Assembly: GCA_964016885.1 (NCBI GenBank)
Contig: OZ024740.1
Coordinates: 395,498,001-395,562,000 of the forward strand
Source of the DNA: Eledone cirrhosa
Taxonomy: Eukaryota
Length of the DNA stretch: 64,000 nt
Reading direction: 5' to 3'
Shown here: positions 11,201 to 26,200 of the stretch, in pieces
Layout: every line of letters starts with the position of its first letter
Position numbering within the stretch: the first letter of the stretch is position 1
Made by a program: the position numbers and the translations under genes
Notes under the pieces: model-generated
Told to the model about the DNA's origin: nothing
Seen by the model: only the letters and a program-made list of their open reading frames with translations
Database searches by the model: none

Positions 11201-14200
11201 CTGTACACCAATGGGCTAACCTGGTGCTATACAACAACTGTCTGTACACCACTGGGCTAACCTGGTGCTATACAACAACTGTCTGTACACCACTGGGCTA
11301 ACCTGGTGTTATACAACAACTGTCTGTACACCACTGAGCTAACCTGGTGCTATGCAATAACTGTCTGTACACCACTGGGCTAACCTGGTGTTATACAACA
11401 ACTGTCTGTACACTACTGGGCTAACGTGGTGTTATCCAACAACTGTCTGTACACCACTGGGCTAACCTGGTGTTACACAACAGCTGTCTGTACACCACTG
11501 GGCTAACCTGGTGCTATACAACAACTGTCTGTTCACCACTGGGCTAACCTGGTGTTATACAACAACTGTCTGTACACCACTGGGCTAACCTGGTGCTATA
11601 CAACAACTGTCTGTACACCACTGGGCTAACCTGGTGTTATACAACAACTGTCTGTACACCACTGGGCTAACCTGGTGCTATACAACAACTGTCTGTACAC
11701 CACTGGGCTAACATGGTGTTATACAACAAGTGTCTGTAAACCACTGGGCTAACCTGATGTTATACAACAACTGTCTGTACACCACTGGGCTAACCTGGTG
11801 TTATACAGCAACTGTCTGTACACCACTGGGCTAACCTGGTGTTATACAGCAACTGTCTGTACACCACTGGGCTAACCTAGTGCTATACAACAACTGTCTG
11901 TACACCACTGGGCTAACCTGGTGCTATACAACAACTGTCTTTACACCACTGGGCTAACCTGGTGTTATACAACAACTGTCTGTACACCACTGGGCTAACC
12001 TGGTGTTATACAACAACTGTCTGTACACCACTGGGCTAACCTGGTGTTATACAACAACTCTCTGTACACCACTGGGCTAACCTGGTGTTATACAACAACT
12101 GTCTGTACACCACTGGGCTAACCTGGTGCTATACAACAACTGTCTGTACACCACTGGGCTAACTTAGTGTTATACAACAACTGTCTGTACACCACTGGGC
12201 TAACCTGGTGTTATACAACAACTCTCTGTACACCACTGGGCTAACCTGGTGTTATACAACAACTCTCTGTACACCACTGGGCTAACCTGGTGTTATACAA
12301 CAACTGTCTGTACACCACTGGGCTAACCTGGTGCTATACAACAACTGTCTGTACACCACTGGACTAACCTGGTGTTATACAACAACTGTCTGTACACCAC
12401 TGGGCTAACCTGATGGGATACCTCAACTGTCTGTACACCACTAGGCTAACCTGATGTTATACAACAACTGTCTGTACACCACTGGGCTAACCTGGTGTTA
12501 TACAACAACTGTCTGTACACCACTGGGCTAACCTGGTGCTATACAACAACTGTATATACACCACTGGGATAACCTGGTGTTATAAAACAACTGTCTGTAC
12601 AGCACTGGGCTAACCTGGTGTTATACAACAACTGTCTGTACACCACTGGGCTAACCTGATGTTATACAACAACTGTCTGTACACCACTGGGCTAACCTGA
12701 TGTTATACAACAACTGTCTGTACACCACTGGGCTAACCTGGTGTTATACAACAACTGTCTGTACACCACTGGGCTAACCTGGTGTTATACAACAACTGTC
12801 TGTACACCACTGGGCTAACCTGGTGTTATACAACAACTGTCTGTACACCACTGGGCTAACCTGGTGTTATACAACAACTGTCTGTACACCACTGGGCTAA
12901 CCTGATGTTATACAACAACTGTCTGTACACCACTGGGCTAACCTGGTGTTATACAACAACTGTCTGTACACCACTGGGCTAACCTGATGTTATACAACAA
13001 CTGTCTGTACACCACTGGGCTAACCTGGTGTTATACAACAACTGTCTGTACACCACTGGGATAACCTGATGTTATACAACAACTGTCTGTACACCACTGG
13101 GCTAACCTGATGTTATACAACAACTGTCTGTACACCACTGGGATAACCTGGTGTTATACAACAACTGTCTGTACACCACTGGGCTAACCTGTTGTTATAC
13201 AACAACTCTCTGTACACCACTGGGCTAACCTGGTGTTATACAACAACTGTCTGTACACCACTGGGATAACCTGGTGCTATACAACAACTGTCTATACACC
13301 ACTGGGATAACCTGGTGTTATAAAACAACTGTCTGTACAGCACTGGGATAACCTGGTGTTATACAACAACTGTCTGTACACCACTGGGCTAACTTAGTGT
13401 TATACAACAACTGTCTGTATACCACTGGGCTAACCTGGTGCTATACAACAACTGTCTGTACACCACTGGGCTAACCTGGTGCTATACAACAACTGTCTTT
13501 ACACCACTGGGCTAACCTGGTGCTATACGACGACTGTCTGTACACCACTGGGCTAACCTGGTATTATACAACAACTGTCTGTACACGACTGGGCTAACCT
13601 GGTGTTATACAACAACTGTCTGTACACTGGGCTAACTTGGTGTTATACAACAACTGTCTGTACACCACTGGGCTAACCTGTTGTTATACAACAACTCTCT
13701 GTACACCACTGGGCTAACCTGGTGTTATACAACAACTGTCTGTAGACCACTGGGATAACCTGGTGCTATACAACAACTGTCTATACACCACTGGGATAAC
13801 CTGGTGTTATAAAACAACTGTCTGTACAGCACTGGGATAACCTGGTGTTATACAACAACTGTCTGTACACCACTGGGCTAACTTAGTGTTATACAACAAC
13901 TGTCTGTATACCACTGGGCTAACCTGGTGCTATACAACAACTGTCTGTACACCACTGGGCTAACCTGGTGCTATACAACAACTGTCTTTACACCACTGGG
14001 CTAACCTGGTGCTATACGACGACTGTCTGTACGCCACTGGGCTAACCTGGTATTATACAACAACTGTCTGTACACGACTGGGCTAACCTGGTGTTATACA
14101 ACAACTGTCTGTACACTGGGCTAACTTGGTGTTATACAACAACTGTCTGTACACCACTGGGCTAACCTGTTGTTATACAACAACTCTCTGTACACCACTG

Positions 14201-17200
14201 GGCTAACCTGGTGTTATACAACAACTGTCTGTACACCACTGGGATAACCTGGTGCTATACAACACCTGTCTGTACACCACTGGGCTAACCTGGTGTTATA
14301 CAACAACTCTCTGTACACCACTGCGCTAACCTGCTGTTATACACCAACTGTCTGTACACCAATGGGCTAACCTGGTGCTATACAACAACTGTCTGTACAC
14401 CACTGGGCTAACCTGGTGCTATACAACAACTGTCTGTACACCACTGGGCTAACCTGGTGTTATACAACAACTGTCTGTACACCACTGAGCTAACCTGGTG
14501 TTATACAAAAACTGTCTGTACACCACTGGGCTAACCTGGTGCTATGCAATAACTGTCTGTACACCACTGGGCTAACCTGGTGTTATACAACAACTGTCTG
14601 TACACTACTGGGCTAACGTGGTGTTATCCAACAACTGTCTGTACACCACTGGGCTAACCTGGTGTTATACAACAACTGTCTGTACACCACTGGGCTAACC
14701 TGGTGCTATACAACTGTCTGTTCACCACTGGGCTAACCTGGTGTTATACAACAACTGTCTGTACACCACTGGGCTAACCTGGTGCTATACAACAACTGTC
14801 TGTACACCACTGGGCTAACCTGGTGTTATACAACAACTGTCTGTACACCACTGGGCTAACCTGGTGCTATACAACAACTGTCTGTACACCACTGGGCTAA
14901 CATGGTGTTATACAACAAGTGTCTGTAAACCACTGGGCTAACCTGATGTTATACAACAACTGTCTGTACACCACTGGGCTAACCTGGTGTTATACAGCAA
15001 CTGTCTGTACACCACTGGGCTAACCTGGTGTTATACAGCAACTGTCTGTACACCACTGGGCTAACCTAGTGCTATACAACAACTGTCTGTACACCACTGG
15101 GCTAACCTGGTGCTATACAACAACTGTCTTTACACCACTGGGCTAACCTGGTGTTATACAACAACTGTCTGTACACCACTGGGCTAACCTGGTGTTATAC
15201 AACAACTGTCTGTACACCACTGGGCTAACCTGGTGTTATACAACAACTGTCTGTACACCACTGGGCTAACCTGGTGTTATACAACAACTGTCTGTACACC
15301 AATGGGCTAACCTGTTGCTATACAACAACTGTCTGTACACCACTGGGCTAACCTGGTGCTATACAACAACTGTCTGTACACCACTGGGCTAACCTGGTGT
15401 TATACAACAACTGTCTACACCACTGGGCTAACCTGGTGTTATACAACAACTGTCTGTACACCACTGGGCTAACCTGGTGCTATGCAATAACTGTCTGTAC
15501 ACCACTGGGCTAACCTGATAGACAACAACTGTCTGTACACCACTGGGCTAACCTGATGTTATACAACAACTGTCTGTACACCACTGGGATAACCTGGTGC
15601 TATACGACGACTGTCTGTACACCACTGGGCTAACCTGGTATTATACAACAACTGTCTGTACACGACTGGGCTAACCTGGTGTTATACAACAACTGTCTGT
15701 ACACCACTGGGATAACTTGGTGTTATACAACAACTGTCTGTATACCACTGGGCTAACCTGGTGTTATACAACAACTCTCTGTACGCCACTGGGTTAACCT
15801 GGTGTTATACAACAACTGTCTGTACACCACTGGGCTAACCTGGTGCTATACAACAACTGTCAGTACACCACTGGGCTAACCTGGTGTTATACAACAACTC
15901 TCTGTACACCACTGGGCTAACCTGGTGTTATACAACAACTGTCTGTACACAACTGGGCTAACCTGGTGTTATACAACAACTCTCTGTACACCACTGGGCT
16001 AACCTGGTGTTATACAACAACTCTCTGTACACCACTGGGCTAACCTGGTGTTATACAACTGTCTGTACACCACTGGGCTAACCTGGTGCTATACAACAAC
16101 TGTCTGTACACCACTGTGCTAACCTGGTGTTATACAACAACTGTCTGTACACCACTGGGCTAACCTGATGGGATACCTCAACTGTCTGTACACCACTGGG
16201 CTAACCTGATGTTATACAACAACTGTCTGTACACCACTGGGCTAACCTGGTGTTATACAACAACTGTCTGTACACCACTGGGCTAACCTGGTGCTATACA
16301 ACAACTGTCTATACACCACTGGGATAACCTGGTGTTATAAAACAACTGTCTGTACAGCACTGGGCTAACCTGGTGTTATACAACAACTGTCTGTACACCA
16401 CTGGGCTAACCTGATGTTATACAACAACTGTCTGTACACCACTGGGCTAACCTGATGTTATACAACAACTGTCTGTACACCACTGGGCTAACCTGGTGTT
16501 ATACAACAACTGTCTGTACACCACTGGGCTAACCTGGTGTTATACAACAACTGTCTGTACACCACTGGGCTAACCTGGTGTTATACAACAACTGTATGTA
16601 CACAACTGGGCTAACCTGGTGTTATACAACAACTCTCTGTACACCACTGGGCTAACCTGGTGTTATACAACAACTGTCTGTACACCACTGGGATAACTTG
16701 GTGTTATACAACAACTGTCTGTATACCACTGGGCTAACCTGGTGTTATACAACAACTCTCTGTACACCACTGGGCTAACCTGGTGTTATACAACAACTGT
16801 CTGTACACCACTGGGCTAACCTGGTGCTATACAACAACTGTCAGTACACCACTGGGCTAACCTGATGTTATACAACAACTGTCTGTACACCACTGGGCTA
16901 ACCTGATGTTATACAACAACTGTCTGTACACCACTGGGCTAACCTGGTGTTATACAACAACTGTCTGTACACCACTGGGCTAACCTGGTGTTATACAACA
17001 ACTGTCTGTACACCACTGGGCTAACCTGGTGTTATACAACAACTGTATGTACACAACTGGGCTAACCTGGTGTTATACAACAACTCTCTGTACACCACTG
17101 GGCTAACCTGGTGTTATACAACAACTCTCTGTACACCACTGGGCTAACCTGGTGTTATACAACAACTGTCTGTACACCACTGGGCTAACCTGGTGCTATA

Positions 17201-20200
17201 CAACAACTGTCTGTACACCACTGTGCTAACCTGGTGTTATACAACAACTGTCTGTACACCACTGGGCTAACCTGATGGGATACCTCAACTGTCTGTACAC
17301 CACTGGGCTAACCTGATGTTATACAACAACTGTCTGTACACCACTGGGCTAACCTGGTGTTGTACAACAACTGTCTGTACACCACTGGGCTAACCTGGTG
17401 CTATACAACAACTGTCTATACACCACTGGGATAACCTGGTGTTATAAAACAACTGTCTGTACAGCACTGGGCTAACCTGGTGTTATACAACAACTGTCTG
17501 TACACCACTGGGCTAACCTGATGTTATACAACAACTGTCTGTACACTGGGCTAACTTGGTGTTATACAACAACTGTCTGTACACCACTGGGCTAACCTGT
17601 TGTTATACAACAACTCTCTGTACACCACTGGGCTAACCTGGTGTTATACAACAACTGTCTGTACACCACTGGGCTAACCTGGTGTTATACAACACCTGTC
17701 TGTACACCACTGGGCTAACCTGGTGTTATACAACAACTCTCTGTACACCACTGTGCTAACCTGCTGTTATACACCAACTGTCTGTACACCAATGGGCTAA
17801 CCTGGTGCTATACAACAACTGTCTGTACACCACTGGGCTAACCTGGTGCTATACAACAACTGTCTGTACACCACTGGGCTAACCTGGTGTTATACAACAA
17901 CTGTCTGTACACCACTGAGCTAACCTGGTGTTATACAAAAACTGTCTGTACACCACTGGGCTAACCTGGTGCTATGCAATAACTGTCTGTACACCACTGG
18001 GCTAACCTGGTGTTATACAACAACTGTCTGTACACTACTGGGCTAACGTGGTGTTATCCAACAACTGTCTGTACACCACTGGGCTAACCTGGTGTTATAC
18101 AACAACTGTCTGTACACCACTGGGCTAACCTGGTGCTATACAACAACTGTCTGTTCACCACTGGGCTAACCTGGTGTTATACAACAACTGTCTGTACACC
18201 ACTGGGCTAACCTGGTGCTATACAACAACTGTCTGTACACCACTGGGCTAACCTGGTGTTATACAACAACTGTCTGTACACCACTGGGCTAACCTGGTGC
18301 TATACAACAACTGTCTGTACACCACTGGGCTAACATGGTGTTATACAACAAGTGTCTGTAAACCACTGGGCTAACCTGATGTTATACAACAACTGTCTGT
18401 ACACCACTGGGCTAACCTGGTGTTATACAGCAACTGTCTGTACACCACTGGGCTAACCTGGTGTTATACAGCAACTGTCTGTACACCACTGGGCTAACCT
18501 AGTGCTATACAACAACTGTCTGTACACCACTGGGCTAACCTGGTGCTATACAACAACTGTCTTTACACCACTGGGCTAACCTGGTGTTATACAACAACTG
18601 TCTGTACACCACTGGGCTAACCTGGTGTTATACAACAACTGTCTGTACACCACTGGGCTAACCTGGTGTTATACAACAACTGTCTGTACACCACTGGGCT
18701 AACCTGGTGTTATACAACAACTGTCTGTACACCAATGGGCTAACCTGTTGCTATACAACAACTGTCTGTACACCACTGGGCTAACCTGGTGCTATACAAC
18801 AACTGTCTGTACACCACTGGGCTAACCTGGTGTTATACAACAACTGTCTACACCACTGGGCTAACCTGGTGTTATACAACAACTGTCTGTACACCACTGG
18901 GCTAACCTGGTGCTATGCAATAACTGTCTGTACACCACTGGGCTAACCTGATAGACAACAACTGTCTGTACACCACTGGGCTAACCTGATGTTATACAAC
19001 AACTGTCTGTACACCACTGGGATAACCTGGTGCTATACGACGACTGTCTGTACACCACTGGGCTAACCTGGTATTATACAACAACTGTCTGTACACGACT
19101 GGGCTAACCTGGTGTTATACAACAACTGTCTGTACACCACTGGGATAACTTGGTGTTATACAACAACTGTCTGCATACCACTGGGCTAACCTGGTGTTAT
19201 ACAACAACTCTCTGTACACCACTGGGTTAACCTGGTGTTATACAACAACTGTCTGTACACCACTGGGCTAACCTGGTGCTATACAACAACTGTCAGTACA
19301 CCACTGGGCTAACCTGGTGTTATACAACAACTCTCTGTACACCACTGGGCTAACCTGGTGTTATACAACAACTGTCTGTACACAACTGGGCTAACCTGGT
19401 GTTATACAACAACTCTCTGTACACCACTGGGCTAACCTGGTGTTATACAACAACTCTCTGTACACCACTGGGCTAACCTGGTGTTATACAACTGTCTGTA
19501 CACCACTGGGCTAACCTGGTGCTATACAACAACTGTCTGTACACCACTGTGCTAACCTGGTGTTATACAACAACTGTCTGTACACCACTGGGCTAACCTG
19601 ATGGGATACCTCAACTGTCTGTACACCACTGGGCTAACCTGATGTTATACAACAACTGTCTGTACACCACTGGGCTAACCTGGTGTTATACAACAACTGT
19701 CTGTACACCACTGGGCTAACCTGGTGCTATACAACAGCTGTCTATACACCACTGGGATAACCTGGTGTTATAAAACAACTGTCTGTACAGCACTGGGCTA
19801 ACCTGGTGTTATACAACAACTGTCTGTACACCACTGGGCTAACCTGATGTTATACAACAACTGTCTGTACACCACTGGGCTAACCTGATGTTATACAACA
19901 ACTGTCTGTACACCACTGGGCTAACCTGGTGTTATACAACAACTGTCTGTACACCACTGGGCTAACCTGGTGTTATACAACAACTGTCTGTACACCACTG
20001 GGCTAACCTGGTGTTATACAACAACTGTCTGTACACAACTGGGCTAACCTGGTGTTATACAACAACTCTCTGTACACCACTGGGCTAACCTGGTGTTATA
20101 CAACAACTGTCTGTACACCACTGGGATAACTTGGTGTTATACAACAACTGTCTGTATACCACTGGGCTAACCTGGTGTTATACAACAACTCTCTGTACAC

Positions 20201-23200
20201 CACTGGGCTAACCTGGTGTTATACAACAACTGTCTGTACACCACTGGGCTAACCTGGTGCTATACAACAACTGTCAGTACACCACTGGGCTAACCTGGTG
20301 TTATACAACCACTCTCTGTACACCACTGGGCTAACCTGGTGTTATACAACAACTGTCTGTACACAACTGGGCTAACCTGGTGTTATACAACAACTCTCTG
20401 TACACCACTGGGCTAACCTGGTGTTATACAACAACTCTCTGTACACCACTGGGCTAACCTGGTGTTATACAACAACTGTCTGTACACCACTGGGCTAACC
20501 TGGTGCTATACAACAACTGTCTGTACACCACTGTGCTAACCTGGTGTTATACAACAACTGTCTGTACACCACTGGGCTAACCTGATGGGATACCTCAACT
20601 GTCTGTACACCACTGGGCTAACCTGATGTTATACAACAACTGTCTGTACACCACTGGGCTAACCTGGTGTTGTACAACAACTGTCTGTACACCACTGGGC
20701 TAACCTGGTGCTATACAACAACTGTCTATACACCACTGGGATAACCTGGTGTTATAAAACAACTGTCTGTACAGCACTGGGCTAACCTGGTGTTATACAA
20801 CAACTGTCTGTACACCACTGGGCTAACCTGATGTTATACAACAACTGTCTGTACACCACTGGGCTAACCTGATGTTATACAACAACTGTCTGTACACCAC
20901 TGGGCTAACCTGGTGTTATACAACAACTGTCTGTACACCACTGGGCTAACCTGGTGTTATACAACAACTGTCTGTACACCACTGGGCTAACCTGGTGTTA
21001 TACAACAACTGTCTGTACACAACTGGGCTAACCTGGTGTTATACAACAACTCTCTGTACACCACTGGGCTAACCTGATGTTATACAACAACTGTCTGTAC
21101 ACCACTGGGCTAACCTGGTCTTATACAACAACTGTCTGTACACCACTGGGCTAACCTGATGTTATACAACAACTGTATGTACACCACTGGGCTAACCTGA
21201 TGTTATCCAACAACTGTCTGTACACCACTGGGCTAACCTGGTGTTATACAACAACTGTCTGTACACCACTGGGCTAACCTGGTGCTATACAACAACTGTC
21301 TATACACCACTGGGATAACCTGGTGTTATAAAACAACTGTCTGTACAGCACTGGGATAACCTGGTGTTATACAACAACTGTCTGTACACCACTGGGCTAA
21401 CTTAGTGTTATACAACAACTGTCTGTATACCACTGGGCTAACCTGGTGCTATACAACAACTGTCTGTACACCACTGGGCTAACCTGGTGCTATACAACAA
21501 CTGTCTTTACACCACTGGGCTAACCTGGTGTTATACAACAACTGTCTGTACACCACTGGGCTAACCTGGTGCTATACGACGACTGTCTGTACACCACTGG
21601 GCTAACCTGGTGTTATACAACAACTCTCTGTACACCACTGGGCTAACCTGCTGTTATACACCAACTGTCTGTACACCAATGGGCTAACCTGGTGCTATAC
21701 AACAACTCTCTGTACACCACTGGGCTAACCTGGTGCTATACAACAACTGTCTGTACACCACTGGGCTAACCTGGTGTTATACAACAACTGTCTGTACACC
21801 ACTGAGCTAACCTGGTGTTATACAAAAACTGTCTGTACACCACTGGGCTAACCTGGTGCTATGCAATAACTGTCTGTACACCACTGGGCTAACCTGGTGT
21901 TATACAACAACTGTCTGTACACTACTGGGCTAACGTGGTGTTATCCAACAACTGTCTGTACACCACTGGGCTAACCTGGTGTTATACAACAACTGGCTGT
22001 ACACCACTGGGCTAACCTGGTGCTATACAACAACTGTCTGTTCACCACTGGGCTAACCTGGTGTTATACAACAACTGTCTGTACACCACTGGGCTAACCT
22101 GGTGCTATACAACAACTGTCTGTACACCACTGGGCTAACCTGGTGTTATACAACAACTGTCTGTACACCACTGGGATAACCTGGTGCTATACAACAACTG
22201 TCTGTACACCACTGGGCTAACATGGAGTTATACAACAAGTGTCTGTAAACCACTGGGCTAACCTGATGTTATACAACAACTGTCTGTACACCACTGGGCT
22301 AACCTGGTGTTATACAGCAACTGTCTGTACACCACTGGGCTAACCTGGTGTTATACAGCAACTGTCTGTACACCACTGGGCTAACCTAGTGCTATACAAC
22401 AACTGTCTGTACACCACTGGGCTAACCTGGTGCTATACAACAACTGTCTTTACACCACTGGGCTAACCTGGTGTTATACAACAACTTTCTGTACACCACT
22501 GGGCTAACCTGGTGTTATACAACAACTGTCTGTACACCACTGGGCTAACCTGGTGTTATACAACAACTGTCTGTACACCACTGGGCTAACCTGGTGTTAT
22601 ACAACAACTGTCTGTACACCAATGGGCTAACCTGTTGCTATACAACAACTGTCTGTACACCACTGGGCTAACCTGGTGCTATACAACAACTGTCTGTACA
22701 CCACTGGGCTAACTTGGTGTTATACAACAACTGTCTGTACACCACTGGGCTAACCTGGTGTTATACAACAACTGTCTGTACACCACTGGGCTAACCTGGT
22801 GCTATACAACAACTGTCTGTATACCACTGGGATAACCTGGTGTTATACAACAACTGTCTGTACACCACTGGGCTAACCTGGTGCTATGCATTAACTGTCT
22901 GTACACCACTGGACTAACCTGATGTTAGACAACAACTGTCTGTACACCACTGGGCTAACCTGGTACTATACGACGACTGTTTGTACACCACTGGGCTAAC
23001 CTGGTATTATACAACAACTGTCTGTACACGACTGGGCTAACCTGGTGTTATACAACAACTGTCTGTACACCACTGGGATAACTTGGTGTTATACAACAAC
23101 TGTCTGTATACCACTGGGCTAACCTGGTGTTATACAACAACTCTCTGTACACCACTGGGCTAACCTGGTGTTATACAACAACTGTCTGTACACCACTGGG

Positions 23201-26200
23201 CTAACCTGGTGCTATACAACAACTGTCAGTACACCACTGGTCTAACCTGGTGTTATACAACAACTCTCTGTACACCACTGGGCTAACCTGGTGTTATACA
23301 ACAACTGTCTGTACACAACTGGGCTAACCTGGTATTATACAACAACTCTCTGTACACCACTGGGCTAACCTGGTGTTATACAACAACTCTCTGTACACCA
23401 CTGGGCTAACCTGGTGTTATACAACAACTGTCTGTACACCACTGGGCTAACCTGGTGCTATACAACAACTGTCTGTACACCACTGTGCTAACCTGGTGTT
23501 ATACAACAACTGTCTGTACACCACTGGGCTAATCTGATGGGATACCTCAACTGTCTGTACACCACTGGGCTAACCTGATGTTATACAACAACTGTCTGTA
23601 CACCACTGGGCTAACCTGGTGTTATACAACAACTGTCTGTACACCACTGGGCTAACCTGGTGCTATACAACAACTGTCTATACACCACTGGGATAACCTG
23701 GTGTTATAAAACAACTGTCTGTACACCACTGGGCTAACCTGGTGTTATACAACAACTGTCTGTACACCACTGGGCTAACCTGATGTTATACAACAACTGT
23801 CTGTACACCACTGGGCTAACCTGATGTTATACAACAACTGTCTGTACACCACTGGGCTAACCTGGTGTTATACAACAACTGTCTGTACACCACTGGGCTA
23901 ACCTGGTGTTATATAACAACTGTCTGTACACCACTGGGCTAACCTGGTGTTATACAACAACTGTCTGTACACCACTGGGCTAACCTGGTGTTATACAACA
24001 ACTGTATGTACACCACTGGGCTAACCTGATGTTATACAACAACTGTCTGTACACCACTGGGCTAACCTGGTGTTATACAACAACTGTCTGTACACCACTG
24101 GGCTAACCTGATGTTATACAACAACTGTCTGTACACCACTGGGCTAACCTGGTGTTATACAACAACTGTCTGTACACCACTTGGCTAACGTGGTGTTATA
24201 CAACAACTGTCTGTACACCACTGGGCTAACCTGGTGTTATACAACAACTGTCTATACACCGCTGGGCTAACCTGGTGCTATACAACAACAATCTGTACAC
24301 CACTGGGCTAACCTGGTGCTATACAACAACTGTCTGTACACCACTGGGCTAACCTGGTGTTATACAACAACTCTCTGTACACCACTGGGCTAACCTGGTG
24401 TTATACAACAACTGTCTGTACACCACTGGGATAACTTGGTGTTATACAACAACTGTCTGTATACCACTGGGCTAACCTTGTGTTATACAACAACTCTCTG
24501 TACACCACTGGGCTAACCTGGTGTTATACAACAACTGTCTGTACACCACTGGGCTAACCTGGTGCTATACAACAACTGTCAGTACACCACTGGGCTAACC
24601 TGGTGTTATACAACCACTCTCTGTACACCACTGGGCTAACCTGGTGTTATACAACAACTGTCTGTACACAACTGGGCTAACCTGGTGTTATACAACAACT
24701 CTCTGTACACCACTGGGCTAACCTGGTGTTATACAACAACTCTCTGTACACCACTGGGCTAACCTGGTGTTATACAACAACTGTCTGTACACCACTGGGC
24801 TAACCTGGTGCTATAAACAACTGTCTGTACACCACTGTGCTAACCTGGTGTTATACAACAACTGTCTGTACAGCACTGGGCTAACCTGATGGGATACCTC
24901 AACTGTCTGTACACCACTGGGCTAACCTGATGTTATACAACAACTGTCTGTACACCACTGGGCTAACCTGGTGTTGTACAACAACTGTCTGTACACCACT
25001 GGGCTAACCTGGTGCTATACAACAACTGTCTATACACCACTGGGATAACCTGGTGTTATAAAACAACTGTCTGTACAGCACTGGGCTAACCTGGTGTTAT
25101 ACAACAACTGTCTGTACACCACTGGGCTAACCTGATGTTATACAACAACTGTCTGTACACCACTGGGCTAACCTGATGTTATACAACAACTGTCTGTACA
25201 CCACTGGGCTAACCTGGTGTTATACAACAACTGTCTGTACACCACTGGGCTAACCTGGTGTTATACAACAACTGTCTGTACACCACTGGGCTAACCTGGT
25301 GTTATACAACAACTGTCTGTACACAACTGGGCTAACCTGGTGTTATACAACAACTCTCTGTACACCACTGGGCTAACCTGATGTTATACAACAACTGTCT
25401 GTACACCACTGGGCTAACCTGGTCTTATACAACAACTGTCTGTACACCACTGGGCTAACCTGATGTTATACAACAACTGTATGTACACCACTGGGCTAAC
25501 CTGATGTTATCCAACAACTGTCTGTACACCACTGGGCTAACCTGGTGTTATACAACAACTGTCTGTACACCACTGGGCTAACCTGGTGCTATACAACAAC
25601 TGTCTATACACCACTGGGATAACCTGGTGTTATAAAACAACTGTCTGTACAGCACTGGGATAACCTGGTGTTATACAACAACTGTCTGTACACCACTGGG
25701 CTAACTTAGTGTTATACAACAACTGTCTGTATACCACTGGGCTAACCTGGTGCTATACAACAACTGTCTGTACACCACTGGGCTAACCTGGTGCTATACA
25801 ACAACTGTCTTTACACCACTGGGCTAACCTGGTGTTATACAACAACTGTCTGTACACCACTGGGCTAACCTGGTGCTATACGACGACTGTCTGTACACCA
25901 CTGGGCTAACCTGGTGTTATACAACAACTCTCTGTACACCACTGGGCTAACCTGCTGTTATACACCAACTGTCTGTACACCAATGGGCTAACCTGGTGCT
26001 ATACAACAACTCTCTGTACACCACTGGGCTAACCTGGTGCTATACAACAACTGTCTGTACACCACTGGGCTAACCTGGTGTTATACAACAACTGTCTGTA
26101 CACCACTGAGCTAACCTGGTGTTATACAAAAACTGTCTGTACACCACTGGGCTAACCTGGTGCTATGCAATAACTGTCTGTACACCACTGGGCTAACCTG